A DNA stretch of 63,327 nucleotides, the filler included, from Welwitschia mirabilis (Eukaryota): NCBI GenBank assembly GCA_051453625.1. It is 7 parts of one record of this genome, joined end to end, with 100 filler letters (N's around TTAATTAATTAA, not from the genome) between each part and the next. Parts side by side here need not be neighbours in the genome. Positions count along the whole stretch, not along the records: positions 21,745 to 44,498 come from JBOZIK010000001.1; positions 44,599 to 54,536 come from JBOZIK010000001.1; 5 more parts are not named here. One strand, written 5' to 3'. Each line of letters begins with the position of its first letter. Position 1 is the stretch's first letter. The notes beneath the pieces are model-generated. The model did no database searches, was not told the DNA's origin, and saw nothing but the letters and a program-made list of their open reading frames with translations. Of this stretch, positions 38,201-50,524 are shown in pieces. The translations under genes were made by a program, and so were the position numbers.

Positions 38201-40889
38201 CTTCAAAAGTTGTATTGAAATTTATCACAAAATTCAAAATAAGAGAGGATATACCATTAAAAGAATTAGAAGCAAACATGGAGAGAATTTGAAAATTATT
38301 TTTTTGAAAAATATTATGTGGACAAGGATATAGAACATCAGTTTTTATCCGAAAGACTCTACAACAAAATGGAATTGCAATAAGAAAAAAATAGAGTTCT
38401 TTGAAAGATGATAAGAACAATGCTAAATGATAAGAAAGTACCTAAAACATTTTGGGCTAAATTAGTAAGTATTTTATGCTACATTATCAATAGAGTTTAT
38501 TTAAGGCCATATATGAATAAAAAAAACNNNNNNNNNNNNNNNNNNNNNNNNNNNNNNTTTCTAGGTCTTTGAAAGTAAATGTTTTACCTTAAAAGATATA
38601 GAACATTTGACCAAATTTAAGTTCAAAGATGATGAAGCAATTTTCTTAGGATACTTAACTAGAAGTAAAGCCTATTGGGTTTTCAACAAATGAAGTTTAA
38701 TAGTGTAAGAATCCATAAATTTTCAAATAGATGACTTTAGTACCAAAATTTTTCCTTTAAGTGATGAATAAAATCTTACTTTTAGTATCTCCATAGTAAA
38801 ATAAGTAAAAACTAAAATGGAAGAAGAACTATCTCAGGAGAATACCTCTAAAAAGTTCAAAGAGCTAAAAGATCACCCACTTAAGTCTATTATTAGATAT
38901 GTAAGCTCAAAAATTTGCACTAAATACTCTCTTAAATATTCTTATTTCCACATTTGTTATGTCTCCCAAATTAAACCCAAAAAGTTTAAAGAGGCTAAAT
39001 CTTTTAAAGAATGGATGATGGCTATGCAAAATGACCTTTTACAATTTAGAAGTAATGATGTTTAAAAACTTGTAGAAAGATCAAAAGATCAAAATTTAAC
39101 TAGAACAAAATGGATCTTTAAGAATAAGTGTGATGAATACAATAATGTGATTAAAAATAAGGTAATAATAGTGGCTTAAGGATACAATCAAATTGAAGGA
39201 ATAGATGTAAGAGACACATTTACTCTGGTGGCAAAACTAGATAGTATTAGAATGTTTATCTCCTATACAACCTTTAATAACATTAAAGATTTTCAAATGG
39301 ATTTGAAAAGTTCCTTTTTAAATAGGACTCTTAATAAAGGAGTTTATGTAAAACAACCACAAGGTTTCATAGATCCACACAAACCAAATCATGTTTATAC
39401 ACTCAAAAAGGCTTTATATGAGTTAAAATAGGTTCCAAGGGCTTAGTGTGAAAAACTAGCAACTTTTTTTTTAAATAAAATGATTATACTATAGATCCAT
39501 GGATAAAATTCTATTTATCAAAAATCTTAAAGAAGACTTTGTCATCATTCAAATCTATATTGATGACATACTTTTTATAGCCTCAAAAGAGGATTTCTTA
39601 AAATAATTTATTTGTATTATAACCATACAATTTAAAATGTGTATGCTTCATGAAGTTCACATGTTTTTTGGTCTTTAAATTAAACAAAGAAAACATGGGA
39701 TTTTGATCTCTTAATCCAAATCCTTAAGGGAGTTAATTAAGTGATTCAGACTAGAAAATACAAAATCAACTAATATACCTATATCAACTTTATGTAAGGT
39801 TAGTCTTGATGATCATGAAAAATCTATGGACCAAAAAATTTATAAAAGCATGATAGGAATTCTATTTTATTTAACCATTAGTAGACCTAACATAATGTTC
39901 AATATCATTGTATATGTAAGATATTAGACTTAATCAAAGGAATCACACCTTCAAGCTATAAAAAGAATCATAAGATATATAAAAGACATGAGGGACTATG
40001 GGCTATAGTACACTACAAAAACTTCTTTTGAGCTTGTAGGTTTTAGTGATGTAGACTGGGATAGTTGTAAAGATGATCGAAAAATCATAGTGAAAACTAT
40101 TTTCTTCTAAGATTATGCTTGATAGAATAGATAAGCAAGAAGAAAAATTCTATCTTCTTTTCCATTTAAAAAGTAGAATATATAGCAGTAGGAAGTTGTT
40201 GTATTCATCTTATATAGATGAAGAAAATGCTCAAAGATTTTATAGTAAATTTTAAATAGGTTTCATTTTTTTAATAATACTAGTATAATTAATATTTTTA
40301 AAAAATCCTTTTTAATAGTCTTAAACTAAATATACTAAACTAAGACACCACTTCCTGAGAGATTTAGAAAAAGGTAATATTTCTATAGAATTTGTAAGCA
40401 TTGATAAATAACTAGCTAATATTTTCATAAGATCCCTAAACTTTGATAACTTTTTAAGACTTTGTTATGAATTTGGATTTATCTCTCCATCCTTTAACTA
40501 AAAGCAAGATAATTGAATGAATCTTATATTTTATTGATTAGATTTAAATAAATTAGGTTAATTAAATTTTATCTGGTCATCTGGACTTTCTTAGAAAAAA
40601 ACCTAAGCCTAGTTAAGTTAATTAGATTAAAGTCCTAGTTGACTATATTTGAAAATGTTTGTACTTACATTTTGATGGGTTGATCAAATCATAATCTAGT
40701 CAGACATATAGGATTATAGTGTAGAATAAAGGTAGTGAATCCATTTTTCTCAAATTCAACTTAGTTTACCTACTTTATAAAATATTATGGATTCCTAACT
40801 TCCTTATTTCCACTTGTCTACCTATCTCTCTTAAATCTAACTATCTTCTTTAATTTTTTTTATCTTTAGCAAGTGTGATGTGTTATCAA

Positions 40890-41925
40890 ATGATAGAGAA
40901 TCCCTCCAAAAGAGCTCAATAAAAGGAGCCTACAAGTAAAGATCTAAGATATTTTTACTTATAAATGTCAAATAAAGTCCTAGACAAGTTTAATAAAAAT
41001 TTTGAAAAGACCAATAGCTTCATGTGAACTTAGGGAACTTAGGAATATGGTAAGACTTCTCAATGATTTAGATCTGTCTTATTTCCTTAAGGTTTTTAGA
41101 TTAGCTTATCTCTTTCTTACTTGCGTGTTCTACTATAATACTTCTTTCGATGTAGATTCCTTTATCCTTTTAACTCTTGTTTTGGAAAGAAGAATTTAAA
41201 TAATCATAGATCTAGTAGCCTCCCTTATGAATCTCCTTAAAGGAAATTATGACAAGTTTTGACCCTTACACAATTCCATAAAGGACAAAGTGAAAGTCAT
41301 TAGGAAACTCTGTGGAAAACTCATTTAATGGAAAACTACCATTTCCACCTCCTATTTTACTCCAAAATATTATTTTATTTATTTAGTTTTTAATTACAAT
41401 TTTTTACCTCTTACTAGTCATTATAATAAGCACTCAAAGTATCATGCTTATATTTTGTACTTGGTAGGAACTCATCACTCCATTAATGCTCCTACCATTA
41501 TTCTTAAGAAAACGGTCTCTTAGTTATAATATCATAAAACTAGTGCTCTTCCTTACTTCATTCTAATTACAAACATCTATTTCCATTTTAGGATCTGGAT
41601 GCACTTCAAACTTGAAACCTTAACTCCTATATCTTCCATTAGACATGCTACTCTATCCCACATGCATCTTTTTTCTAGATCCAAGAAAACTTTTAAGTCT
41701 CCTTCTCCAAAGTAGGTCTCCCCTAAAGATACTCTATCATACCTTAAGAGGCTAGATTCTTAAACTCAACACATGAAAGAGGTACTTATTACAGCAAAGT
41801 ACAAGATTGCAGATACTTCTAAGAAAGTCAGTAGCTCTACACAAAATGTAACAAAAGAAGAAGATGATGATGATGACCCAAATTTTGAAGAAGAATCTAA
41901 GGAGAAGGAAGAAGAAGGATCTAAT
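40890..41925 (+). pseudogene. Sirevirus env-like ORF remnant
   Basis: Located between pol and the PPTs. Reads CVFYYNT...FNYNFLPLTSHY...INAPTIILK...ALPYFILITNIY, with an acidic/basic C-term (EEDDDDDPNFEEESK). Confidence 0.65.
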
Positions 41926-42010
41926 TAATTGTATTTCTTTCTCTATTGTTTTTGTTATTCTTGCGTTTTTCTTATTGCTTTCCTTTTTTATCTTCTTTAT
42001 CATTATTACC

Positions 42011-42362
42011 AAAAATGGGGGAATATAGTTTATAAAATTAGTTATAGTCAGTTGTTATCACATATTAGTTTTTAGTATCAGTTGTTTTTAGATGAGTATC
42101 TTTCAAATGTACTACATAAAATAGATTAATAGAAATAAATTTTGTATCGTTTGTCTTATCTACTAATGAATATTATATTTCCCATGAATTATGCTTTCAA
42201 TTTTTTTTAATGGATCTATTTAAAAAACCATTTTAAATGCTTGATCTAGATAAGCATGGTAAATGATATCTCATGAATATAAATGATCACTTTTTAAGGG
42301 GGATTATTTAAATTAATATTTTCAAATAAGTATAGTTTTCTATCTATGTCAAAGGAGAAGAT
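42011..42362 (+). promoter_or_regulatory. Multiple polypurine tracts (Sirevirus signature)
   Basis: AAAAATGGGGGA at 42011-42022, AAGGGGGA at 42296-42303, and AAAGGAGAAGAT at 42351-42362 abutting the LTR. Confidence 0.75.
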
Positions 42363-43419
42363 TATTAAGTTATATTTTTACCAAGCTGATATCAAACTAA
42401 TATTTTTTAATATAGCAAAATATGTTGTGTTTCTTATAGAAAATATTAATCCTTATAGGTTATAAGTAACTAACATTTCTCACTAGCTAAGCTTGAATCT
42501 AATGAGTAATAGATCTTCTAAGGAGTCAACTAGATTTCTAAGAGGTCAACTAGACCTAAAGCAAAAAGTGTTATATTCAATTTATTAAAGAATCGACCAG
42601 ATTCCTAAGGTTTTGATTGGATATATATAAAAAAATGTTAAACCCTTTCATTGATGAGTCAATTAGATGTTTAAGAAGTCGATTGAACCTATACAAGAAG
42701 TTATTAAATCCTTTCATTGATAGATCAACTGAATGTTTGAGGGGTCAACTAAACCTATGCTAAAAGTGTTACATATATTTTCATAAGGGGTCAACCAAAA
42801 AAAATGTGGTTGACTAGTCCTAGACATATGTGGTTGAATGGATCCTAAATGAGGTTAAATGGACAATAATATGTAAAGAAATCAATTCAATTAAAAGAAT
42901 ATGAAGTTGACTAACTTCAGTGATAGCACTCAATGGGGTTAACTAGATATTTTCAAGAGTTTATTAATGATGGTAGAAATGGAATTTCTTAGTCTATTTT
43001 CAATCCATTTTTTACCTATTTTTATCCATTAGAATATTAGATTCACTTATAAAACCCTAAAATTCATCTTACATATAAATGATAGCCATCAATGTCATAC
43101 ACACTATTTTGGTAGTGGACTAAAATTAAGAAAAGTAATGTTTTTATGTTTAGTTCTATGAGCAATCAGATTGCACTGTACATACTTGAATTTGTGACAT
43201 CATTTTTAAAGAGTGTAGTACTATCTTTGTTGTACTTTAAATCTAGTGAAGCCTGTGCATCATGGCATACTATTAACACTAAAGAATAGTTCTTTAAAGG
43301 TTGAAACTAAGCCTCCAAAAGTTTAATTGTAAAGGTTATAGATTATCCTAAAAAACCCAATGTTGTAATTTCAACTTAATATATTTAATACACTTGTGGA
43401 GTATATTTTTCAGTCCTAT
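42363..43419 (+). repeat. Sirevirus-like 3' LTR, truncated by a Gypsy insertion
   Basis: Starts TATTAAGTTATATTTT...ATCAAACTAAT, like the LTR starts at 9407 and 63236; GTCAAC/GTCGA motif array at 42520-42950; lacks the last ~200 bp seen at 8096-8290. Confidence 0.7.
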
Positions 43420-44498
43420 TGATAGGTTTTTCAAGGATTTATGAAAATTAAATAAAACTTTCATATAGACCAAAGATGTAATAATGTCCAACATAAAAAG
43501 CAATTTTTAAAGGATGATAAACCTAAGAAATTTGATAAAGATATTATGGTCATCCTCCATGTCATGGAAAAGATAGAGGAGATGATAGTCAGAAAAGTAT
43601 GATTACCTCTATGTCATGGGGATGATGATCGAGATGACAGTCAGCATTTTTAACACATGCTAAGCATGAGCTAGTAAATGGAGTATCACCTCTATGTCAT
43701 GAGGACAACACAATGGATGATAGTTAAAATTATTTGTAAACTTAATTAAATTATTATGAAAGAATGGATTTAAATTGTACCTATTTGTTTCAAATCCCTT
43801 GATGACCTATCCTAACCTATAAATAGACCCTTTTAAATCCTATTCAAAATCATCTTTTATCATCTACATTCTTATAAAAATTGGAGATTATTAGAGGCAA
43901 GGAGATCCCTCCTACTTATAAGAAGAACAACCTTGGTGTTAGGAAGTGAATCTTTCATTGAGGAGTTATTATCATAAGTTTATGTAATTTAATTTCCTTA
44001 ATAAAATTATTGATTAAATTGAAATTTTTTGAAATGTTTTATTATTTGTTCTTATAGCTTATCTTAATTGCAATTTAAGTAACATAAATTTGTGATTAAA
44101 ATAGGTTATAAGAACTAATCTAAGTGATAGTAGATTAGAAGTTTAATTAATTCATTACATTAGAATTTCATTTATTACATTGCATTTCATTTCATTACAT
44201 TGCATTTCATTCCATCTCCATCTTTATATTGTTTACTTTTATTTTCTTTAAAGCAAAATTCTAAAATATACCATTATTCTCTTCCTAAAGCAATTTTTCA
44301 TATTCTCTTTTAGAAGTCTTCTCTAAGTGTATAACATTTAGGTTAGGTTGATTGCACTATATAAATATGTATTATGTGCAATTAGATGATTAGATTTTTA
44401 GATGTTGCAAGTTAAATTTTATCTTCAGAATATTGGAATTAAAAGCACAAATACACATTGCAACATTTTGGCATCATTACCAAGGAAGGCTTCAAGAG
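43420..44498 (+). mobile_element. Athila-like 5' LTR (43420-44465) plus PBS (44469-44486), nested in the Sirevirus LTR; cut by the scaffold end
   Basis: TGATAGG...CATTGCAACA-TTT-TGGCATCATTACCAAGGA, a transition-decayed TGGCGCCGTTGCCGGGGA (tRNA-Asp type). CTATAAATAG near 43817; 3-4 ATGTCATG(G)GGA units at 43555-43720. Confidence 0.75.
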
Positions 44499-44598
44499 NN
44501 NNNNNNNNNNNNNNNNNNNNNNNNNNNNNNNNNNNNNNNNNNTTAATTAATTAANNNNNNNNNNNNNNNNNNNNNNNNNNNNNNNNNNNNNNNNNNNN

Positions 44599-47500
44599 GA
44601 GGTTTACAAGTTTTAGCATAATCATGGATGAATCAATGATAGAAACCTACGTGTCCAAGGAAAGATCTAACTTGTTTGACATTTGTTAGAGGATTAATAT
44701 TTTTAATGATGTCCAACTTTGTAGGATCCATCCTAATCCCTTCTGTTGAAATGTGGTGATCCAAAAAAATTCCATATTAAATAAGAAAGAAACTCTTTTC
44801 CCAACTTAAGTGTAATCCACTTTCAATACATCTATCAAGAACTTTTTATAATCTCAGCATAGTTTATTCAAAAGTATTACTAAAGATGGAAAAATCATCC
44901 ATAAAGATTTTTATAGAGTCTTCTATCATATCAGAAAATATTCCCATCATGGCCCATTGAAAATTTCTAAGGGAATTGTAAAGTTCAAAAGGCATTCATT
45001 TAAAACCAAAGATTCCAATGGGAGATGTGAAGGTAATTTTAGCTTGATCTTCACTTGCTATGCAAATTTGATTATAGCCACTATACTCATTAAGAAAATA
45101 ATAATAAGCATAACCTTGGATTCTGTCAAGAACTTGATTAAGAAAATATAAAGGACAATGATCCTTGTTGGTGACCTCATTGAGTTTTCTAAATTCAATG
45201 CACATTCTCCATTTTATTCCTTTCTTTGGTACTAATATTAAAGGACTAACCCACTCACTATTTGTTATGGCATAAATAATTCTAGCATCCATAAGTTTAA
45301 TGATTTCATCTTTAATAATTTGTTTAAGGATTGGATTTAGTCTTTTTTGGGGTTGCCTAATAGGTTTGGCATTGTCCTCAAGATAGATCTTATGTTGAAT
45401 AATGAAAAGAGGAATGGCATCTAAGTCTTTATGTATCCAAGTAAAGGCATTTTTCTTTGATTCTAAAAGAGAGGTCAAATCCAATTCTTATTTAAGAGTA
45501 AGAAGGTCACTGATTATCAAAGGTTACATTTAATTTTTAGATAGGAATATGTATTTTAGATCTTTGGATAATTGCTTAAGCTCATGGGTATTAAGTTGGT
45601 TTGTTATCTCATGTGTCGTGAGGACAACAGGCAGGGGACAACATTCTTCAAAAAGTTTTTCTATTGAATAAATATGTTGTATTTCTTCCTCATCCTTAAC
45701 AACTTCATTCTCATATTTGAAATAGTCTAATTCAGTTGGGTTATCATACAATGTTGGCTCATCTATCATAATTAATCTCTCTTCTATGGGTCAATATTGT
45801 AAAAATAAAGTTGGTCTCAAATTATTTTCAATGTTGAAATTAGTCCCGGTATCTTTTTCGGCAGCATCAGAGCCCCTAATGGTAATTTCTTTATTGTCAA
45901 AGTGACATTTCATCATTCCAAATCAAGTGTCAATGATACAATAAGCTATAGCGCAAAAAGCCCTTTCTAGAAGTAGTGGGTACCCTCCGTTATGCTCTAT
46001 TTCAATTATGACAACATCAATGGGATAAAAAGATCCCTCAATTTAGATGACTAGATCTTTGATAATTCCTAAATATTTCTTAATTAAGGTGTCAACTAGT
46101 TCTAAAATAATAGGTGTAGGTTTAACTCTGCTTTCTAACCCAAGTCTTTTGTATATATGAAAAGGCATAATATTCACACTTGTATCTATGTCAATCAAAG
46201 CCTTTATAATTCTTTTGTTTCCTTCTAAGGTAACACTAACAGTTGAAGTTATAGGATCTTTGAAATTAGGACATTTTTTCATCACTAAGTTGGAAAGAGA
46301 TTAGGTAAGAAAGACTTTATTTGGGATGATATGTTTTTATTTTCTTCTCACTAAGTCCTTCCATAACTTAGAATATTTAGGGTTTTCTTGCAAGAGTTTC
46401 CAAAAGGGAAGGTTGATGTTGACTTCTTACATCAAGGCCTTTAGGTGTTCATCAAAAGTAGGATTTGTTTTCAATCTATTAAGCCAAGGAGTTAATGGTC
46501 TTTTTCCCTTGTCCTCTTTTAAATTATGTCTAGTAGAGGCTTTAGTAGATGATGTGAAAGAAGTTATAAGAATCTAGGATTTCTACATCATCTTCCCTAA
46601 TTACTTCATTTTTTTTAGAAGTTGGAACCTCATGGATAGGAGGTGTTGTATCTTTCCCACTTCTCGTTACAATCTTTAAGTCTCTTCTAACTTCGTTTGA
46701 ATTAGGCATTGGTTTTAAAGTAAGAAAATCTTATGGTATTTGGTTAGCAAGCATTGTGTGTTGAAGCACATTCACTAGGTTCTCAATGTNNNNNNNNNNN
46801 NNNNNNNNNNNNNNNNNNNNNNNNNNNNNNNNNNNNNNNNNNNNNNNNNNNNNNNNNNNNNNNNNNNNNNNNNNNNNNNNNNNNNNNNNGAATGATGTGA
46901 AAATAAGGTTATAAGAATCTAGGATTTCTACATCATCTTCTCCAATTGCTTTATTTTGTTTAGAAGTTGGAACCTCATGGGTAGGAGGTGTTGTATCTTT
47001 TCCACTTCTCATTACAATCTTTAAGTCTCTCCTAACTTTGTTTAGATTGGGAATTGATTGGGAAGTAAGAGACCCTTATGATCTTTGGTTATCAAGCATT
47101 ATTTGTTAAAGCACATTCACTAGGTTTTCAATATTGCTATTGGTCTTCTCTTACACCTTTCTCATTTTATCAATGGATTCTCTAAGGGGTTCATTTAGAT
47201 TTTGTTGAAAATGTAGTTGAAAGTTAGAATTTTTAAATCTATTCTCAAATGGTTTCCATTGAGGTTGCCTACTTAGTCTTTGTTGAAATGATGTTTGGCT
47301 TCNNNNNNNNNNNNNNNNNNNNNNNNNNNNNNNNNNNNNNNNNNNNNNNNNNNNNNNNNNNNNNNNNNNNNNNNNNNNNNNNNNNNNNNNNNNNNNNNNN
47401 NNNNNNNNNNNNNNNNNNNNNNNNNNNNNNNNNNNNNNNNNNNNNNNNNNNNNNNNNNNNNNNNNNNNNNNNNNNNNNNNNNNNNNNNNNNNNNNNNNNN

Positions 47501-50500
47501 NNNNNNNNNNNNNNNNNNNNNNNNNNNNNNNNNNNNNNNNNNNNNNNNNNNNNNNNNNNNNNNNNNNNNNNNNNNNNNNNNNNNNNNNNNNNNNNNNNNN
47601 NNNNNNNNNNNNNNNNNNNNNNNNNNNNNNNNNNNNNNNNNNNNNNNNNNNNNNNNNNNNNNNNNNNNNNNNNNNNNNNNNNNNNNNNNNNNNNNNNNNN
47701 NNNNNNNNNNNNNNNNNNNNNNNNNNNNNNNNNNNNNNNNNNNNNNNNNNNNNNNNNNNNNNNNNNNNNNNNNNNNNNNNNNNNNNNNNNNNNNNNNNNN
47801 NNNNNNNNNNNNNNNNNNNNNNNNNNNNNNNNNNNNNNNNNNNNNNNNNNNNNNNNNNNNNNNNNNNNNNNNNNNNNNNNNNNNNNNNNNNNNNNNNNNN
47901 NNNNNNNNNNNNNNNNNNNNNNNNNNNNNNNNNNNNNNNNNNNNNNNNNNNNNNNNNNNNNNNNNNNNNNNNNNNNNNNNNNNNNNNNNNNNNNNNNNNN
48001 NNNNNNNATGATCACTAATACGTTTTTTTCCATTTTCAGATGTAAGCACAAGTTGTTCTATGTTGGCTAGATGTTGGAAAGGATCTTCTTCTGGTTCCCT
48101 CAAAAAGATTGGATATGCACTTAAATTTCTTAATTCTATATTATCTTCAGAGGTAAATCAAAAGGATTTTTAATTTTACATTTTCTATTATCAATTAAAT
48201 CCTTAAGTATAACGTTCACATTTGAAGAATAAGTTCCTAGTGCAATTAGAGCATTAAAAGAATCTACTTACTNNNNNNNNNNNNNNNNNNNNNNNNNNNN
48301 NNNNNNNNNNNNNNNNNNNNNNNNNNNNNNNNNNNNNNNNNNNNNNNNNNNNNNNNNNNNNNNNNNNNNNNNTTTCTATTATCAATTAAATCCTTAAGTA
48401 TAAGGTCAACATTTGAAGAATAAGTTCCTAGTGCAATTAGAGCATTAAAAGAATCTACTTACTTTCACTTTTGTGACACTTTCGATATATTCGACATTTT
48501 CAAAGAAACAACATAATCACCTTCTATACTATACTTTTTCTTTGCAAAATCAGACTCTGAAATAATAAAAGCAAAAAAATCTTCTTCTTCAAATTTGGGA
48601 ATTTACGTACCTAGGGTGTATGTACCTAGATTTAACTCGAAGTCAATTAATTCTTTCTTGATATTTTTTTCAATCAGGTTATGTTCTCTTTAATATTTTG
48701 TCTTCTTATAAGTATTAATCATGTCCTTGCATGCTCAAATAACTAATAGAACAGAGAAATCAAAAACAATAGACCATCATCATTTAGTCATGGGAATGAC
48801 AGGTAGGACGATGTCACAGTAAAAAAAATCAAAAATTACACAAACTCAGAAAAATAGCAGACTGTCATCCATATGTGTCATAGAGACCATAGAAAGAATG
48901 ACCACAGATTACTCTATGAAAAAGAAAATGCTAAAATGTGGGGAAACAAAAAATAGACTATCATCCTCTTAGGTCATGGAAATAACAAAGAAGACGATAA
49001 AGAAATAAATAGAAAATGTAGAAACTAAAGTTATAGAAATAAACTACTTTAACCTAAGCTAAGAAAAATACATCACTAATTCAAAATAGATAACCTAAAC
49101 AGAAAGTTTCAAGGTACTTTTCTGATTAATGATAATCCTTGTAGCTCCTTGTGACCTTCCTTGATAATGATGCTAAAATGTTGCAGTGTGAATTTATGTA
49201 ATCTAAAAATCCCTTAAATGAACCTGTAAATCACATAAATTGCAGAAAACGCACTCTAGTATAGACAAGAGTTCATCTAAATGTCATAATCCAATGAAGG
49301 CACTAGGATTAGTGTTAGAGAATTGATTTTCACCAATGTATTTTACTTCTTTTTTTCTTTATAAAAACTGAAATGAAATAATGCAAGTAAATGTAATGCT
49401 TAGAAATGAAATGCAATTAAATGAAAATGCAATTGCAAATAGAAATGGAAGTATAAATAGGAATAGAAGTGTATCTTACTTAGATCCTAGTCTTTCTATC
49501 AAAAAGACTACTTCTCTATAACTTATATCAAAGAAGAAGAATGTTTACTAGTTTTTACTCAATATATACTATGAGATCTACTCACATAAGGCTTGAAATG
49601 CAATATGAAAGAGAGAAAGAAATAATGCAAATCTATTATTACTAAATAAAGTTAAATTTAACAAAGATTACCCTTAAGATATAAATAAATCTAAGATTGT
49701 CACAACTATGATCAACTTAAATCATAAGAGAGATGCATAATAATGAGAAGAAAGAAGAAATTATATTAATAAACCATAACAACATCCACTTACAATATCA
49801 GAACAATAGCATCTCAATGCGAGGGACACATCCTGACACTAAGGAGACTCCTTTCTGTAGCATGTAATAGACCTCTTGCCCTTCAATCTTCTATCATAAG
49901 TATGGAGTACAAAATATGGAAAATGAAAATGGAGGAGGAGAAGGGTATTTATAGATTTCTAATTGAAAAAATGAGCAGCCAAACCCTCAAGGTAGGGAAA
50001 AAAAAATCCTAATAACCTGTGTGGCCCATTTGGTACTCTTTACAATGTAAAAATAATTATTATCCTTTATGTCATCCACATGACAAAGGACACGACACTG
50101 TCTTAGTGACTTGGTTTGTGTGCCATGTAGCTTGGATTATATGCCATGCCCTGTAGTTAGTCCTATGGTCATTGTCTTATCTATCATCTGGATGAATAGA
50201 CAGATGATGACCTCTCAATATGTACATGAAATATTACTGTTAGCACTATAGGCTTCTGTCCATGTCAATAGTCTGATCATCCTGCATGTCGTGGGGATGA
50301 TACTAGGGACAACGGTCTTCTTTTCCTCTTTTCTCTAAGGTCAATTAGTCTTTTCATTGTTCAACCCTTCTTCGAATCCTGCAATATCAGAATAAGTTCG
50401 AGAAACTGCCAAAAATGCTAGATATTACACGTTTTGCTTATCATCCTTTTAATTCTTCATAGTTATCAATATTGCATTAAAACCTATATGAATGTCCTGT

Positions 50501-50524
50501 AGAAGTAATCAAAAGACACCATCA
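44599..50524 (-). mobile_element. Degenerate Athila-like Gypsy: LTR, PBS, gag, protease, RT
   Basis: gag LREPEEDPFQHL (~48070-48105) and MRSGK motif; protease KALIDIDTSVNIMPFHIY (46043-46285); RT SEWVSPLILVPKK...WRMCIEFRKLNEVTNKDHCPL...YSGYNQI (44996-45484) and FMDDFSIF (~44880-44905). Confidence 0.92.
49179..50524 (-). repeat. Athila-like LTR (~1.35 kb) with a PBS (49158-49175) on one side and a PPT-like tract (50525-50534) on the other
   Basis: Minus strand TGTGGAAATT|TGATGGTG...CACACTGCAACA|TTT-TAGCATCATTATCAAGGA; same terminus and PBS as 43420-44486. Confidence 0.75.

Larger units (their letters stand above)
36224..43419 (+). mobile_element. 5'-truncated degenerate Sirevirus-like Copia: gag-pol, env-like ORF, multiple PPTs, interrupted 3' LTR
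   Basis: gag MSNFEDIFMK...KVLKSISKFFEPKVMTIEE; protease WYMYRGCSQYMTSDKSRF...LKHNLLNISQ (37512-37844); integrase PLELIHMNLVGP; RT FQMDLKSSFLN...LKKALYELK and QIYIDDILF; RNase H to ~40480. Same family as 2088-9407. Confidence 0.9.

Noticed and set aside
47249..48103. Long track ORFs (also 25517-26161, 60811-61660, 62799-63142)
   Set aside because: Their length comes from runs of N.
43420..50524. Two related LTR+PBS units facing each other as an inverted structure
   Set aside because: They are separated by the artificial linker at 44499-44598 and lie on different scaffolds.
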